Shown here: in pieces, positions 27,120 through 40,720 of the stretch
How positions within the stretch are numbered: position 1 is the first letter of the stretch
How the letters are laid out: the number at the start of each line of letters is the position of its first letter
Assembly (NCBI RefSeq): GCF_006345805.1
Contig: NC_043015.1
Location: 6,200,001 to 6,264,000 of the forward strand
Direction: 5' to 3'
Length of the DNA: 64,000 bases
Source of the DNA: Octopus sinensis
Taxonomy: Eukaryota
The notes under the pieces: model-generated
Database searches by the model: none
What the model was told of the DNA's origin: nothing
What the model saw: the letters and a program-made list of their open reading frames with translations, nothing else
Made by a program: the position numbers and the translations under genes

Positions 27120-27998
27120 TATACAGACTAAAGCATACTGTTACATATATGTTTGTGTGTACATGTGTGTATGTGTGTGTATTTGTGTGTGTATTCTATG
27201 GCCTGGGATATATCTGCATCGGCAAGATGGTCGGTTTAAGTAAACTATTAAAAAGAATTATATTGGATAAAATAACAATGTATGCGACGTTTGTGTCTAA
27301 GCCCAGTAACTCAACTCTCACAGCAATGAACAGAATACAGAGAGGCTTATATATATATATATTTTAGAATATACGTAGTTTTGTTCTTGCTCTAGGTCCC
27401 ATGGTGCATATCATATTTTTCTTAAAGCATCTTTAGTATATGCAGTGGAAATATGTCATATTTTGAGGAAGACTTCTTTCCTAGATCATGGGAAATCGTT
27501 CCAGCTGCAAATTGAAATCATATCATGTAATTTCGTGGATAGAACTTCATAAGTTGCTCTGCAGCTGCTAACTATTTAATTATCTCTGACTGTGTTTGAC
27601 TTGGAGACAGACTAGTCAAAAATAAATCGATAATTTGTTATTCCTTAATTTTATTTACTAATTATTTAAATTCAATAATGGTATAGCTAAAACAAGGAAA
27701 ACATCAACACACTATTCGCAATGAACATTTCCAATGTTTCAACTGCTACAAGAGATCTTGCTTTTGTCCTCAGCTAAGCCATGATAGAGTATATATATCA
27801 TAAAAGTAAGCTCACTGTGTATCCTGTCCTATTACTTATATTCTTAAGTATAGTGAATGTTAAAATTTTACATTGTTCCGCGTTTATTTTCTTTGCAAGA
27901 CAGTAAAGAAGAAAACAAAGGCTATTTGACTGATATCCATAGTAAATCAGGCTCCTATCTGCAATTCACCTCATTTCAAGAATGCTTCGAAATATATA

Positions 27999-28231
27999 TA
28001 TTTCTTTACTGCCCACAAGGGGCTAAACATAGAGGGGACAAACAAGGACAGACAAAGGGATTAAGTCGATTACATCGACCCCAGTGCGGAACTGGTACTT
28101 TATTTATCGACCCCTAAAGGATGAAAGGCAAAGTCGACCTCGGCGGAATTTGAACTCAGAACGTAGCGATAGACGAAATACCGCTAAGCATTTCGCCCGG
28201 CGCGCTAACGTTTCTGCCAGCTCGCCGCCCT
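27999..28231 (-). mobile_element. SINE family B (monomer)
   Basis: The reverse complement reads GGCGGCGAGCTGGCAGAAACGTTAGC..GTTCTGAGTTCAAATTCCGCCGAGGTCGACTTTGCCTTTCATCC..GTCGATAAATAAAGTACCAG. It is homologous to 39679-40130 and 51255-51603. Confidence 0.9.
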
Positions 28232-30098
28232 TAAAGGTATATATATATGTTTGTATATATATGTTAAGGTATATATATGTTTGTATGAGTGTGTGTGTGT
28301 GTGTGTATGCGTGTTTATGAAACCAACAGGACTTAGGCAATACTACCGCGCATGCAGTTCGTTTCTCCAATATATTTATTTTTAATAGTATATTTAGTTT
28401 TAATGGATTACTATATATTTATTTTTAATAGTTTACTTAGAAAGAAAATTCTGGCCCATTTTCTTGACAGGAGCTGAAAAAGAAATTGAGAGGTTGGAAA
28501 TGCTTAAAAGTGATGAATCAGAATTGTGGCTACATAGTGACCTAGGAAAGTGAGCTGTCAGATGAGAGTATACAAATCAGTCCTTGAACCTAAGAAGACA
28601 TGGTATTAGATATCAGCCTACACTAATAAGAACAGACTACATAGGTGTGGTAAAGAAAGAAGGTAATAATGCGAAAGACTGCAACATTGTGGCCCTAATC
28701 AAGAATATGCTTTTCTAGCAACATACCTCCAATAGGGAATACAGTTGTCTTATAAGGTAGCATGGCTCTTTGCAAAGAATGGGGGGGACAACAATGCATA
28801 AGACATTTACAGAATCCTCCAGATTCGATTGATGGGAATATGAAATATGTAAGTATTCTGGGGTCTACCATACAGCGGACGAGGTTTTGGACAATTTTTT
28901 GTAATAGAATATGCCCAATTGAAGAAGATAAAAAAAAACACTTGCTCTTGGTATACGAATACCACTAGAGAAAAAAGAAACACCGAAAGCGAAAAGCCTA
29001 ACATGTGTGATATAGAGTCATTAGTCTGTCACTACTCCAAGGAACACATTACTCAATCCGTTCCCAAATTAGGAGTGTTGGATGGTAGTTGTGAAAGAGT
29101 TGATTGCTAATTCTAGCACGCCGAGGAGCAGTCTAGACGTTCCATCATTGATTTGTAGACAACGGTTTGATGTTTGATTTCCAGATGAGGTCTGATTTAA
29201 TAGTAATATGAGAACTAGCTATCCAGCTGTTCTATTTAGGATTACATCTAGAACTGTATTGCTTTAGTTCGATCGGTAGTGAAGAATTTGAGAGAATGCT
29301 GGTTGTTACCTATCAGGGCAAAATCGGATATCAGGGCAAACCGAATTATGAACACTAACCTAACGGTTGGCCCGCTAGTCAATGTTCTACTTTAAAGAGA
29401 AAGGGAATAAATACGAATTACACATAGGTACACACATGCATACACAAATACAGGCATGCGTACTTGCACACATGTGTGTGTACGCGCGTGTTTTTGTGCA
29501 TATATGTGGGGGGGGGGCTGTGTCGCATTAGTCTCTTTATCCTTAAAATAATATCAATAATTGCATAAATAATTATTACTTTAGAAATAATTGTATGAAT
29601 TTCTAACGCAATAGATTCCACTCCGACAGCAACGAGTATATTTATCTCGAATACCATTGGTTAACTTAAAATTCAAAAATTTTCAAGCTACGTGATTTTA
29701 AATTGCTCTCTTTACGAGACTGTTGCCCATCAATGCCAACGTATTGATTAAATATGTTATGATTTTTTTCTAAAGCTTCTTTTCAATAGAATTATCTTTA
29801 AATGCCACAGCTTTCATCTCATCATTCAGAGACTTTATTAAATTGTCCATAATTTTAACTGTATAATTTCGAAAAGATTTTCCTGTATCATTACTCATTC
29901 ATCACTAATAATATCATTTAGTTTTCACTTTCTTCAACATAATGTGATGTAATTTATTTTTCACACATACACTCTTATCTACACCCTCCCACACAAAGAT
30001 AAATAATAAATGTAAAGTAAAGTATGTGTGTGCATGCATATATGTATATGTATATAGGTGTATATATGTATGTGTATGTAGGTGTATATATGTATGTG

Positions 30099-30132
<34 letters not shown>

Positions 30133-31011
30133 ATATATTATATATATATATATACATGCATGCATGCACGCACACACATACATATACAAACATATATATA
30201 TATATATAATATATATATATACACTTTTATGTGCATGCATATATATATGCATGTGTGTGTAATTTTATTTTTTACACCTTACATTAAAATATGTTTTCAA
30301 ATTTAAAATATATATATTTATACATAATAAATATGGTCTGAGATAATTAGGTTTATTAAATCTCTTTACTTCAGAGGAGTAAAATGAACCTAATTAGTCA
30401 CTAATATGTACTAAAATTAACATGTAGTAAAAGCATAGCTTTCTATATTTCCTTAAATTGGAGCTTCCATTTTAGCCAAAAAATAGGAAATGTATCTGTA
30501 TGAACACACACATATATATATATGAGTGTTTGTTTGTGTGTTATGTGTCTATGCATATACATATATATGTGTATGTGTGTGCGTGTGCACGCGCGCCTGT
30601 GTGTATGTGTTTATGTGTGTAAGTGTGTGAGTATACACGTAATACATGCTTAGAGAAAACAAAATGGGACGGAGAGAAGGAGAATTTCACTTCCTATTCA
30701 TCTGTGCTACACAAGTTCCTGGCAATTACAAGAGCTGAAATCTTGTCACTGAGTATCAGAGTAACTGCAATTCCATTGTATTCTTCTGAAGACGAAAACC
30801 CAAATACACCATTAAGCAATTCATTCAAAAGATACGTGGATCTTGTCATTCACATCTGGAAAACAGCCATCTTGAAATGGACTCAGAAGACGCAACAACA
30901 CAGTTTTCTTGGTAAAATCTTTTCCACAAAAACAGGTGTAATTAAGCAGTGTAATTTTTAGACTGTAAGAATTATTTTAATGTGTTATTCATTTAATGTT
31001 ATTAGCATTAT

Positions 31012-31112
31012 CATCATCATCATCATCAACACCGCCACCACCACCACTACCCCCACCATCACCACCACCAGCACTATTCCCATCATCATCATCATCATCA
31101 CCATCATCATTC
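31012..31112. repeat. (ATC/ACC)n trinucleotide block
   Basis: Direct reading of the sequence. Confidence 0.9.
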
Positions 31113-31139
31113 TTATTAAGGCGATAATATAACAGAATA

Positions 31140-31545
31140 GCTACCGTGCCAGGCAAAATGCTCAGCGGCATCGCACCGATGTCGACTTTGTTTTTTTATT
31201 CTTTCTTGGTCGAACAATTAAGTACCATTCAGACACTGGAGTCGGTTTAATTGACTTAATCCTTTTTCCGAAATTGCTGACCATGTGCCAAAATTTGAAA
31301 CCATTATTATTATATAAGAATTATATTTTTCTAAAGCAGGGAGCAGACAGAATTTTCAGTAGCCCCAGGCAAAATACTTAGCGGCATTTCATCCTACATT
31401 GGGTTCTATGTTTCATTTCTGCCGAGGTCTACTTTGCCTTTTAGCCATTCAGGCTCGATAAAATATGTACAATATCAGCGCTGAGGCAAGATTATCGATT
31501 TTCCTTCCCCGCAAATTTCGGGATCTGTGCCTTTAGTAGAAAGGA
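31140..31545 (+). mobile_element. Two adjacent old SINE family B-related copies
   Basis: GTCGACTTTG..GTCGA..AAGTACCA..ACTGGAGTCG and GCCGAGGTCTACTTTGCCTT..TGTGCCTTTAGTAGAAAG motifs. Confidence 0.6.
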
Positions 31546-31804
31546 AAAACAATGTTAACCATCATTGTATAACAACATTCAGAGTACATACTTATTTCAG
31601 TTTTGCAGTATCTTAGTCAATGTTGACTGCAATATACTCAGATACAGACAGCCAAACCGTGTCACTCATGAAGCAAAACTTTGAGAGAATATGTAGAGTT
31701 CTCCCTCACCAACACTTTTGAAACATGTTTGCGCGCGAGCGCCTGCAGGCGTGTGTGTATCTGTGTATGTATATATGTGTTTATCTATCTATATCATTAT
31801 TCAA

Positions 31805-31897
31805 TTTATATCAAGATTTCTTGTCAATAGAGAAAGAACCTTTTTCTTACCTAGATCCAAGGCTCCTTCACTGGAATTTCAACATCAACGACTGGGT
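31805..31897 (-). repeat. Interspersed repeat family D, copy 1
   Basis: Reverse-complement homologue of 45548-45641 (CAAGATTTCTT..AATAGAGAAAGA..ATCCAAGG..CTTCA..AATTTCAACATCA). Confidence 0.75.
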
Positions 31898-32299
31898 ATT
31901 TTTGTTTGCATGAATGTATACATGTATATATATTTACATGTATGTATGTATCCTTAGGTAGAATCCAAAACACATGTCAATATTCCTTCTTTGTTCGCGA
32001 CAAAAATTAACCTGATTTTCTCAGAATCTATATTTATTTCTGTAGTATACTCTTCCCATCTTCAAATTACTTTCCCTATTTACTTCAGATTGAGAAACAG
32101 TAGAATCTAGATCAACGTTACTCAAGTATTTTTTTACTTATGGACTCCATTGATTTCTATTCTTCGCGAGTGGACCTTCCAAGCCATGCTATGCTTAAAT
32201 AGTCCTATTAAGGTTTTATAAGTGAATATTATTAAGAATTGTATAAAAAAATTTCTAAAATATAACAAATGTATAATAGATAGATTTTAACAATATATT

Positions 32300-32344
32300 A
32301 TATTGACTCTGGAGCCTCATAGGGGCCACGGTTGAGAACCACTG
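32300..32344 (-). mobile_element. hAT/Charlie-like terminus
   Basis: The reverse complement begins CAGTGGTTCTCAACC, a typical Charlie-type TIR. The partner end was not seen. Confidence 0.55.
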
Positions 32345-32630
32345 CAGTAAACCTCTTGCTTCCAATCAAAGGGGACTTTTTACGTGCATACATACATATA
32401 AACATATAGATACACATGCAATATATATATACACATATAATACACAGACACACACACACACAAACATACATATTTATATAAAGATAGATATATAGACATA
32501 TATGTACATATGTATGTTTAAATTCAGCACTTACAGACGACACGCTATTGTATAAACCATTTACTATATATTCCTTTCGTTTTTAGATTCGGTTTGCAAA
32601 ATTCTTTATATGAGTTCGTGTGTTGAAGCC

Positions 32631-32718
32631 TATTCTGTTGTGTCTGGGGAGAGTCATTCTCTTTTAGTGTCTTATAAGGCACAAAAAGAAAATTACTCTC
32701 CCCAGACACGACAGAATA
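32631..32718. repeat. 88-nt near-perfect palindrome/hairpin
   Basis: The 44-nt arms are centred on CTTA|TAAG. By manual pairing there are 39 WC pairs, 2 GU and 3 mismatches. Confidence 0.9.
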
Positions 32719-34097
32719 TATATTCCTTTTGCAATATCTAATGCTAAAAACATGGAAGATATATTAAATGTATTTAGCAAATACCTATTTCGGCTTGTTT
32801 CCAAATTCATAGGGAGCCAACACAACGGCGTTGCAATTTTACATTTGGGTTGTAAGCCGTTAATTTTCAGAATCTCCTGATTAGTCACATGGTTTTATGC
32901 CTCAATCTTTTAATTAATAATGATAAGTATATTACTGCCCTACATTGCTGGTACTTTTCTCCTGATTGGAATAGCTAATATATTTTTTAATGACACAAGG
33001 GGCATAAACGGAACTTTTATCTTATCGGATAATTTTTTTCTACTTCAAGAACTAATTGTAATCAATTCTCAAATTCTACACTGATTCCTACAGAAGAACC
33101 AAATCACGTGCACTGTAAAACTAATTTCATATCTCGTTTCACCATCAAACCAAAGTTTGTCTCTTTCAGGATATTGAACTGCCGATTACTAACATGAATA
33201 ATGTATGAAGAATAATTACTTTACGTTACTTTAAATAAACATAGTAGCTATTTATATATGTACTCTCGAAACACGATAAATCAACGACAGTTTATGATAA
33301 TTACGTCTTCGTTATATTTGTAGTATAACTAAATATAATAAGGAACGGGGGCATTATCAAACACACTTAAATATCGTCTACTTGAAGATTTCTATTGAGG
33401 CCCTCGGGTAATGCACTTCTTAATGTGATCTGAAATAAGATTAGAAGATTTTATGAAAAGCTGAAAGACAAATTCTAGTGCAAATGGTACATGGCTTTCG
33501 TGTAGTGGAGCAATAAATTATTCAAATCTAAATCTTTATTTGGACGCAAATATTCGACGCATAAGTATAATTGAAAATAGTGGCTAGAGAGAAGAGAAAT
33601 GAAAAAAAGCAAATGATAGAATGGTACCTTTGTGTCATTCTAAATAATATCAATATAAACAGAAACGATCAAAATTTTTCATTTTACAAAGTGATAATTT
33701 ATTTCTAGATTTAAATTTAGTGTAATCAATAGAAATTGATCAATTTATGCGTCTACTTTGATCTATAAAAATGATCTAATCAATTTAATAGCTACTATAT
33801 ATGATCAATATCTTAATGTTGAAATATCGATTTTTCTCTTTGCTTTACGTCTTTAAAATGACTTTTTCTCCCATAACTTAGCGTATTCGTTTTTCGTTTT
33901 TATATATTCGTTAAATGTATACAGAAATAAATAATTTTTTTTTTTAAAGTATTTTGAAATATTTCGAAGAGAAATATGTATGATTAAGAATATGTAAATC
34001 CAGCGAAGTCTTTTATATCTGACCGTATCAGGCTAACAGAACACACCACATACAAATGCACAAGCACAAACACACACACAAACACGCACACCCTTTT

Positions 34098-34531
<434 letters not shown>

Positions 34532-35329
34532 CTGAAGCGAGGATTGGAAACAGGATCGTCGGATACGCACTCAGACGTCACCAGTTTCATGTCATCGGCC
34601 TAGTAAGTGATCAGTCAACATGGAACTCTAACACATATAAATGAAACAGATTTTATAAGCGGTCACTTAGTCAGCTAGAAAAATCATCTAATACTCACGC
34701 TATTATATTTAAATAAAAAGAATGCTCGAAATTTTGTTGTGATGATCATTGTAAGAATAATTTAATTTAACATGTTCCCCTAATATCTAAACAATAACAG
34801 CAAGCACTCGATATTAGAAACGTGTTGATAATTCCCAGTTTCCATAATTTATATGAATTTAAGAGAAAAATGCCTTGTGTTATGTTTTTCCTCGGCTTTT
34901 TCCATTCCCATCTCAAAACATGCCGGATTCAGCTTAATCTTTCCAGCCTGGATTAAATATATTCCATTGAAGTGTAGATATCCGAGTTTCTGGCTTTGCG
35001 CCTATGTAATATAATATTTTATTGTATAATATTTCCCGGAGAATTTACAAATGCTAAATAAATACATGGATTAGAATACTTGAAATTGTTAATTCAAATT
35101 CAGTAGCTGGCAGGGAGAGAACAGTTTAGACACCAGCAATAAGTAGAAGTTGGAAGTAAGAGAGAGTAATATAAGTATATGAATTACGTATCATAATTTA
35201 ATATATTTTAATTTCAGGTTAACTATAGATAAGAAAATTGTTTGTTAAGTTCACCTTCTAGGTGACCTATGAGTAAGTATACACTGAACACTGAAAAAAT
35301 CATGGTGAGACATTCCCTAACGCAGCCGT

Positions 35330-35570
35330 TGTTAACTAGGTTGAAACTCCCCAGACGAACATTCTGTATAGGCCATGTCTGCCACATAACAACCGCAATG
35401 CAAAATGTATCCTCTATGGAGACATGAAATCCTGTAAGGGACCGTTTTGCTGCCACCATGCTATGCTACAAGGATATCTGTATGAATATGAAAACATGAG
35501 AAATCAAGCAAGGTGAAATGGCGGATATGCAGAACAGGTATTTCGAGACAGTAGAGATTCACGGATGGTT
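35330..35570 (+). mobile_element. Decayed RTE-type LINE reverse-transcriptase C-terminal fragment
   Basis: Frameshifted IGHVCH / RNAKCILYGDMKS / MLCYKDICMNMK, matching the RTE pattern W.GHV.RM..RIPK.ILYGEL..LRYKD..K.DMK. Confidence 0.7.
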
Positions 35571-35757
35571 TACTCGAAAATAGGACAAACGAAAAAGAGT
35601 AAAGTACCAAATTACCAATAACTACACAAAGATATAGGAATAAGCATGGGGACTGATTCTTGCTGTCTCTCTCTCCCTCTCGCTCTCTCTCTCTATATAT
35701 ATATACACACAGAGAGATATATAGAGATAGATAGATAAATAGAAAGACAGACAGACA

Positions 35758-35902
<145 letters not shown>

Positions 35903-37114
35903 GTAAAAAATTCCTCCAAGCTTCATACAATCCCTTGCATCATTTATTTTTCTAGATGCATTCTGGCTGACTGTCCGTATTTAACAACACCAGTTTTCCC
36001 TATTAGCTATCAAACTAGAGTAAATTTGAAAAGGGTAGCCCAGTAGCATCCATGTATGTTTCTTTTTCAGTTTTTTTTCTTCCTTTTTGGACTGTAGTGT
36101 TAGCGTTTACTATACTGAATAATATTAAAATATTTGTGTTTCAGGAAATATAATACTATTTAAAAACGGTAAACATTTGCTGTGTAAACGGGTCTTCAAA
36201 TGTCAATACGACTGACGTTAGAGATTTCAAGTTAGTCTCGAACAGGAACAAATGCATCGATCTCACTTGCAACAGAGAGCATACTAAGCTATGAGTATAA
36301 CGCCATCTTGCAGACAAAAGCATTAAAAAAATATAAACAGTATCTACTAAAATCTAATTTAATCGAAGTAGGGTTGTACGAAGAATGTCGAAACAGCATT
36401 CTTCTCAAGAACTGATGAATTATATAACTTTTTTCTTTCTTCATTTATTTGTGAGCCATCACGAGTTTCCACGGATTGTATTTAATTTTTTTCTCTTTTT
36501 TTTGTAGTTATTTTAACTTCTCAGATAAAAACCTTCCATGTAAAACACATTTACTGTCAAAGAACAAACGTATACCTTTTTCTAGTTGTATATTAAATGA
36601 TTGAATATATATATGTAGATGCAATTATAACTTTATATCGTTCCAGACGCCTCCACAGTAGCATAAAGAAATACATCTAACGAGAAACATAAATGTAACC
36701 TATATTTCTCAGCAACAGCGGTTTTATAACTTGTCTTAGAGATTGTAAATAAGAAATGAGAGGCAAAGAACCTGGCGTTGAAGCAATCTAGAACTAAGTA
36801 AGGTGATACAATAACTGTCTTTGCCAAACTTCACTGAGTCATAATTCACCGTGTCTAACATTAATGTCTAACAGATGTGAGCAGTGTGCGCGTGTGTTTA
36901 TATGGATATAAATACATGTATAAACATACATGCTGGCATATATACACACATATATCTACATACACACATATATCTATATTTGTGGGTTCGAGTATATGGG
37001 TACATAAATGCGAACCGATACATACGTATGGATGTATACATACACCTACATATATGTAACATATATGTATGTGTGTACGTATATATATGTGCATCAGTAA
37101 GTCATAAATATATA

Positions 37115-37161
37115 TATATATATACAATTATAATAATATATATATATATATATATAATATA

Positions 37162-37192
<31 letters not shown>

Positions 37193-37260
37193 GTAATATA
37201 TATGTATATATATATGTATATATATATATATAGATATATATATAAAATATATATATATAT

Positions 37261-37312
<52 letters not shown>

Positions 37313-37324
37313 TTATAACATATA

Positions 37325-37388
<64 letters not shown>

Positions 37389-37392
37389 TATG
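37115..37392. repeat. (TA)n-rich array
   Basis: Direct reading of the sequence. Confidence 0.95.
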
Positions 37393-37876
37393 ATCGTCAT
37401 TATCATCGCTGGAGATGAAGAAGTTATTTGCATTAACCGTTACATGACATGGTTAACATTATAAAACTGAGAATGATTGAAAAACCAGTTAGTAAAGCAA
37501 TCCATACATACGTTAAAATACTAGATTTCAAGACGTGGAGAATTTGAGCTTTTATGGCTTGTTCCCAGATATGTTTAAATCCTTAAACTAAAAAAATTAA
37601 CTCTGTGAATTTATGTCGTTTAATTATGGTCCATAAATTCTCGATACACGCTTCGTTTCTCTCCATTCTCCTTACAGTATAGTTTTCTCGTTCTATATAA
37701 CATTTTTCAACTCGCAATCACTGTTTTCCCCCACACATCTGGCTTTACACACACACACATACGCATACACACACACAAACATATACACTCATATACACAT
37801 TGTTTTCTAAATTTATTTTTTTAGAATTTTATATTTCATCGTCTTACCTTTCTGCTGTCTGTCTGTTTCTCTTTCC

Positions 37877-37924
<48 letters not shown>

Positions 37925-37933
37925 CTCTCTCTC

Positions 37934-38001
<68 letters not shown>

Positions 38002-38237
38002 CATATATATAACTATTTATCTGTCTATATGCCTATCTATCTATGCATCTTTGTAACTATCTATGTATCTATGTATATCTATATATATATATATAACTAT
38101 TTATCTATCTATATACCTATCTATCTACTTATCTGTCTATCTATCTATCTACCTACCTAACTACTTACCTACCTATCTACCTATCTATCTATGCATCTTT
38201 GTAACTATCTATGTATCTATGTATATATATATACTAT

Positions 38238-38283
<46 letters not shown>

Positions 38284-38803
38284 ATCTATCTATCTTGCTT
38301 TTAGAGAACATAAAATATCTAATGCTGTTCATGATTTTATTATATTGTGCTCATATCTTCGAACACCAATGTATTTTTTATGAATATTGATTTCTAGCAG
38401 AAGTACTAAGTTTGCGACAGTGTTTAGACGATTAAATTGTCACGAATACTTATTACATTGAGTGGAGAATGTTGAAAAACACCAACTACACTCTTCAAGA
38501 TGCCATAATCGAAAGCAGTTTGAAAATGGGTCACACCTTTTCTGTTACATGTTCATTGCTATCCAAATTTAACGGGAAATATTGTGTACTACTTATACGT
38601 TAACCTCACATATTCATCTCAAAACAACTAATCCCTTATCGTACAGTCCTCACCAATTCTTACTTTAGTTTGGTGGTCGTGTATAGGTAGATATAATACA
38701 ACCTTCTATTTTATCTTCTTTTCAATTACTATGGTGAAGGTCATTCTGCGTATCTCTACTGCACTTCGAACTCCATGAACTACTGACAACGCTTAGTCCT
38801 TAC

Positions 38804-38876
38804 CTGTTCTTGTTTGAAAAATAACATTCTCAAATGCATTACTGATCGTAACGTTAATTTCCGGAACATAACTAAG
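38804..38876 (-). other. Candidate 73-nt internal exon of an unidentified gene
   Basis: Acceptor ATGTTTTTACAG| and donor CAG|GTAAGG. Two frames are open (LSYVPEINVTISNAFENVIFQTRT or LVMFRKLTLRSVMHLRMLFFKQEQ). No homolog was recognised. Confidence 0.3.
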
Positions 38877-38959
38877 CTGTAAAAACATCTGCCATTTACT
38901 GTTGTCGTTTCCCAAGGATGATTATTTTGTACAGATCACCTTCCTACATCAAATTGTTT

Positions 38960-39200
38960 CGCCCCCTACACACATCTCTGATCTCCTCACAAATATTCAA
39001 CACACCGTTGATAGCTTCCTCAGAACTAAGCCCAACGTTAGCCTCTCCACACCTTTCCACAGCCACACAATATTCTACTATTCAAAATTCAACATTTGTG
39101 TACTTCAAATCAGTTGTCAGAACTCGGTCAGTTCTATTCTATTTCTAGTAGTTGAAAGCAGATGCGTTCCACACTTGGCATTCAGAAATAGCCAGGCGAG
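38960..39200 (-). mobile_element. Possible very decayed LINE APE-endonuclease fragment
   Basis: Faint VWNA..KY.V.F..VE..W..KG..VGL traces spread across frames. Confidence 0.3.
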
Positions 39201-39258
39201 TACCGTATATATTCCATTCAATCATGTTCCTCCGCATTCCACATTGAGCTAGTTCCGC

Positions 39259-39617
39259 AGAATAAGGCCGATTCTCGAATTCAGTGTGGGTGATTTCATT
39301 TTTAAGTAACATTAAAAGTTAGCCGTCACTAGCAAATGAGTATGGGTCGGTAAAATATAGTATGACTTCGATACCTATGTAGTCATGAGCTGACGTAGAT
39401 ATCCTTCGAATCTCTCACCCTGTGACGGAAGAAGACATGGAGGCCGGGGATGATTGGCGTTCAGTGTGTCCGCTCCTCATTTACAGTGCAGTAAAATAGG
39501 GCAGCGTGCAAAGTAATGCCGTCGTCATGGATACAACATCTTTCAGGTTCAGGAATCGATTCCATGACGCTGTCTTTCTGAGCTAAACACACATAAATAG
39601 GACACGTGCCTTGACAC
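39259..39617 (+). repeat. Unclassified interspersed repeat G, copy 1
   Basis: 39259-39402 and 39581-39617 align with 43731-43870 and 43905-43941. Confidence 0.8.
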
Positions 39618-39678
39618 GTTCACCGTGAGGTAGTATTGCACTTGCAAAAATGCATAGCTAATAATTTTTAGATAAAAA

Positions 39679-40130
39679 AACGGTGAGCTGGCAGAAACGT
39701 TAGCACGCCGGGTGAAATGCGTAGCCGTATTTCGTCTGCCGCTACGTTCTGAGTTCAAATTTCACCTCAGCGGAATTTGAACTCAGAACGTAACGGCAAA
39801 CGAAATTCGGCTACGCATTTCGTCCAGCGTGTTAACGTTTCTGCCAGCTCGCCGCCGATTAAAAAAGTACCACTTCCACACTGGGGTCGATATAATCGAC
39901 TTAATCTGTCTGCTTGTCCTTGTTTGTCCCCTCAGTATTTAGCTTCTTGAGGGTAGTAAAGAAATAGGTATTTCGTCTGTCTGTATGTTCTGAGTTCAAA
40001 TTCAGCCGTGGCCGACTTCGTTTTTCATCCATTCGGGGATGGTAAATTAAGTACCAGTTGTGTAGTGGGGTGGATCTAAACGACTGACCCTCACCCTAAA
40101 AATGTTGGGCTTTGTGCCTAGAGTAGAAAA
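39679..40130 (+). mobile_element. Dimeric SINE family B with an internal fold-back duplication of its head
   Basis: Head (39681-39761), inverted head (39764-39856), then the remainder of monomer 1 and a second monomer ending TGTGCCTAGAGTAGAAAA. Confidence 0.88.
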
Positions 40131-40249
40131 TTAAAATTTTAAATAAATCACCTCACTTTTAAAAATCCAGATGGCAATTACAACACCATTACGTGAACCA
40201 CAATGCGTGACCACTAATTTACACAGCACTCAGTTTCAGACTGCAGCTA

Positions 40250-40720
40250 TTCCTTTGTCCAAGAGAAAACTTTTCAGAGAATCCTGACACATTGATAGGA
40301 GCTTGCTTACAATTTACTCTGTACCGAATCCGTTAAAATGATCCCTTCCGTACCACTGAACTCAGACAAGTTTAAAGCCCGTCTATATGTCGTACAGTTC
40401 AAATACAAATATTATGTTCTATACCTTGCCATTTCTTCTATTTTGCCCGTATCTCATGTTACCTCTTTTCTATTAAACCCAGAATATATCTTCACCTTCG
40501 GAAATGCATTAGTCTTTATCCTATTTAAATAGAAGAGAAACCACTCTCGTTTCAGTCATATACTAAAAACAGCTCCCCCGAAGAACTCAACTCTGTCTAC
40601 CTTCTTCAAATTCAGTAGACACGCTTTCCATTACACAATGTCATACACTGAAAGTAACTCGGATTAAACATCAATTGTACCATGACAATCTTGTATCTTC
40701 CGACAGCAACAAAAACTACA
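40250..40720 (-). mobile_element. Possible decayed LINE RT fragment
   Basis: The minus strand shows LKKVDRVEFFGG-like traces (compare LEVVD.F.YLG) and a purine-rich coding-like texture, heavily disrupted. Confidence 0.35.

Noticed and set aside
27731-27775. Minus-strand CUGAGGA...GAAACAUUGG hammerhead-like motif
   Set aside because: The base of stem II does not pair, U16.1 is missing and there is no stem I. It is likely chance or too decayed to support.
28400-29300. Purine-rich stretch suggestive of an old LINE
   Set aside because: I could not recover any diagnostic RT or endonuclease motif by eye.
30623-30961. 112-aa non-repetitive ORF
   Set aside because: It starts inside a (TG)n tract with a non-ATG codon, has no recognisable motif and shows no clear splice boundaries.
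37836-37860. Strong minus-strand donor AAG|GTAAGA
   Set aside because: The upstream sequence is (GA)n/(TA)n microsatellite with no acceptor, so there is no plausible exon.
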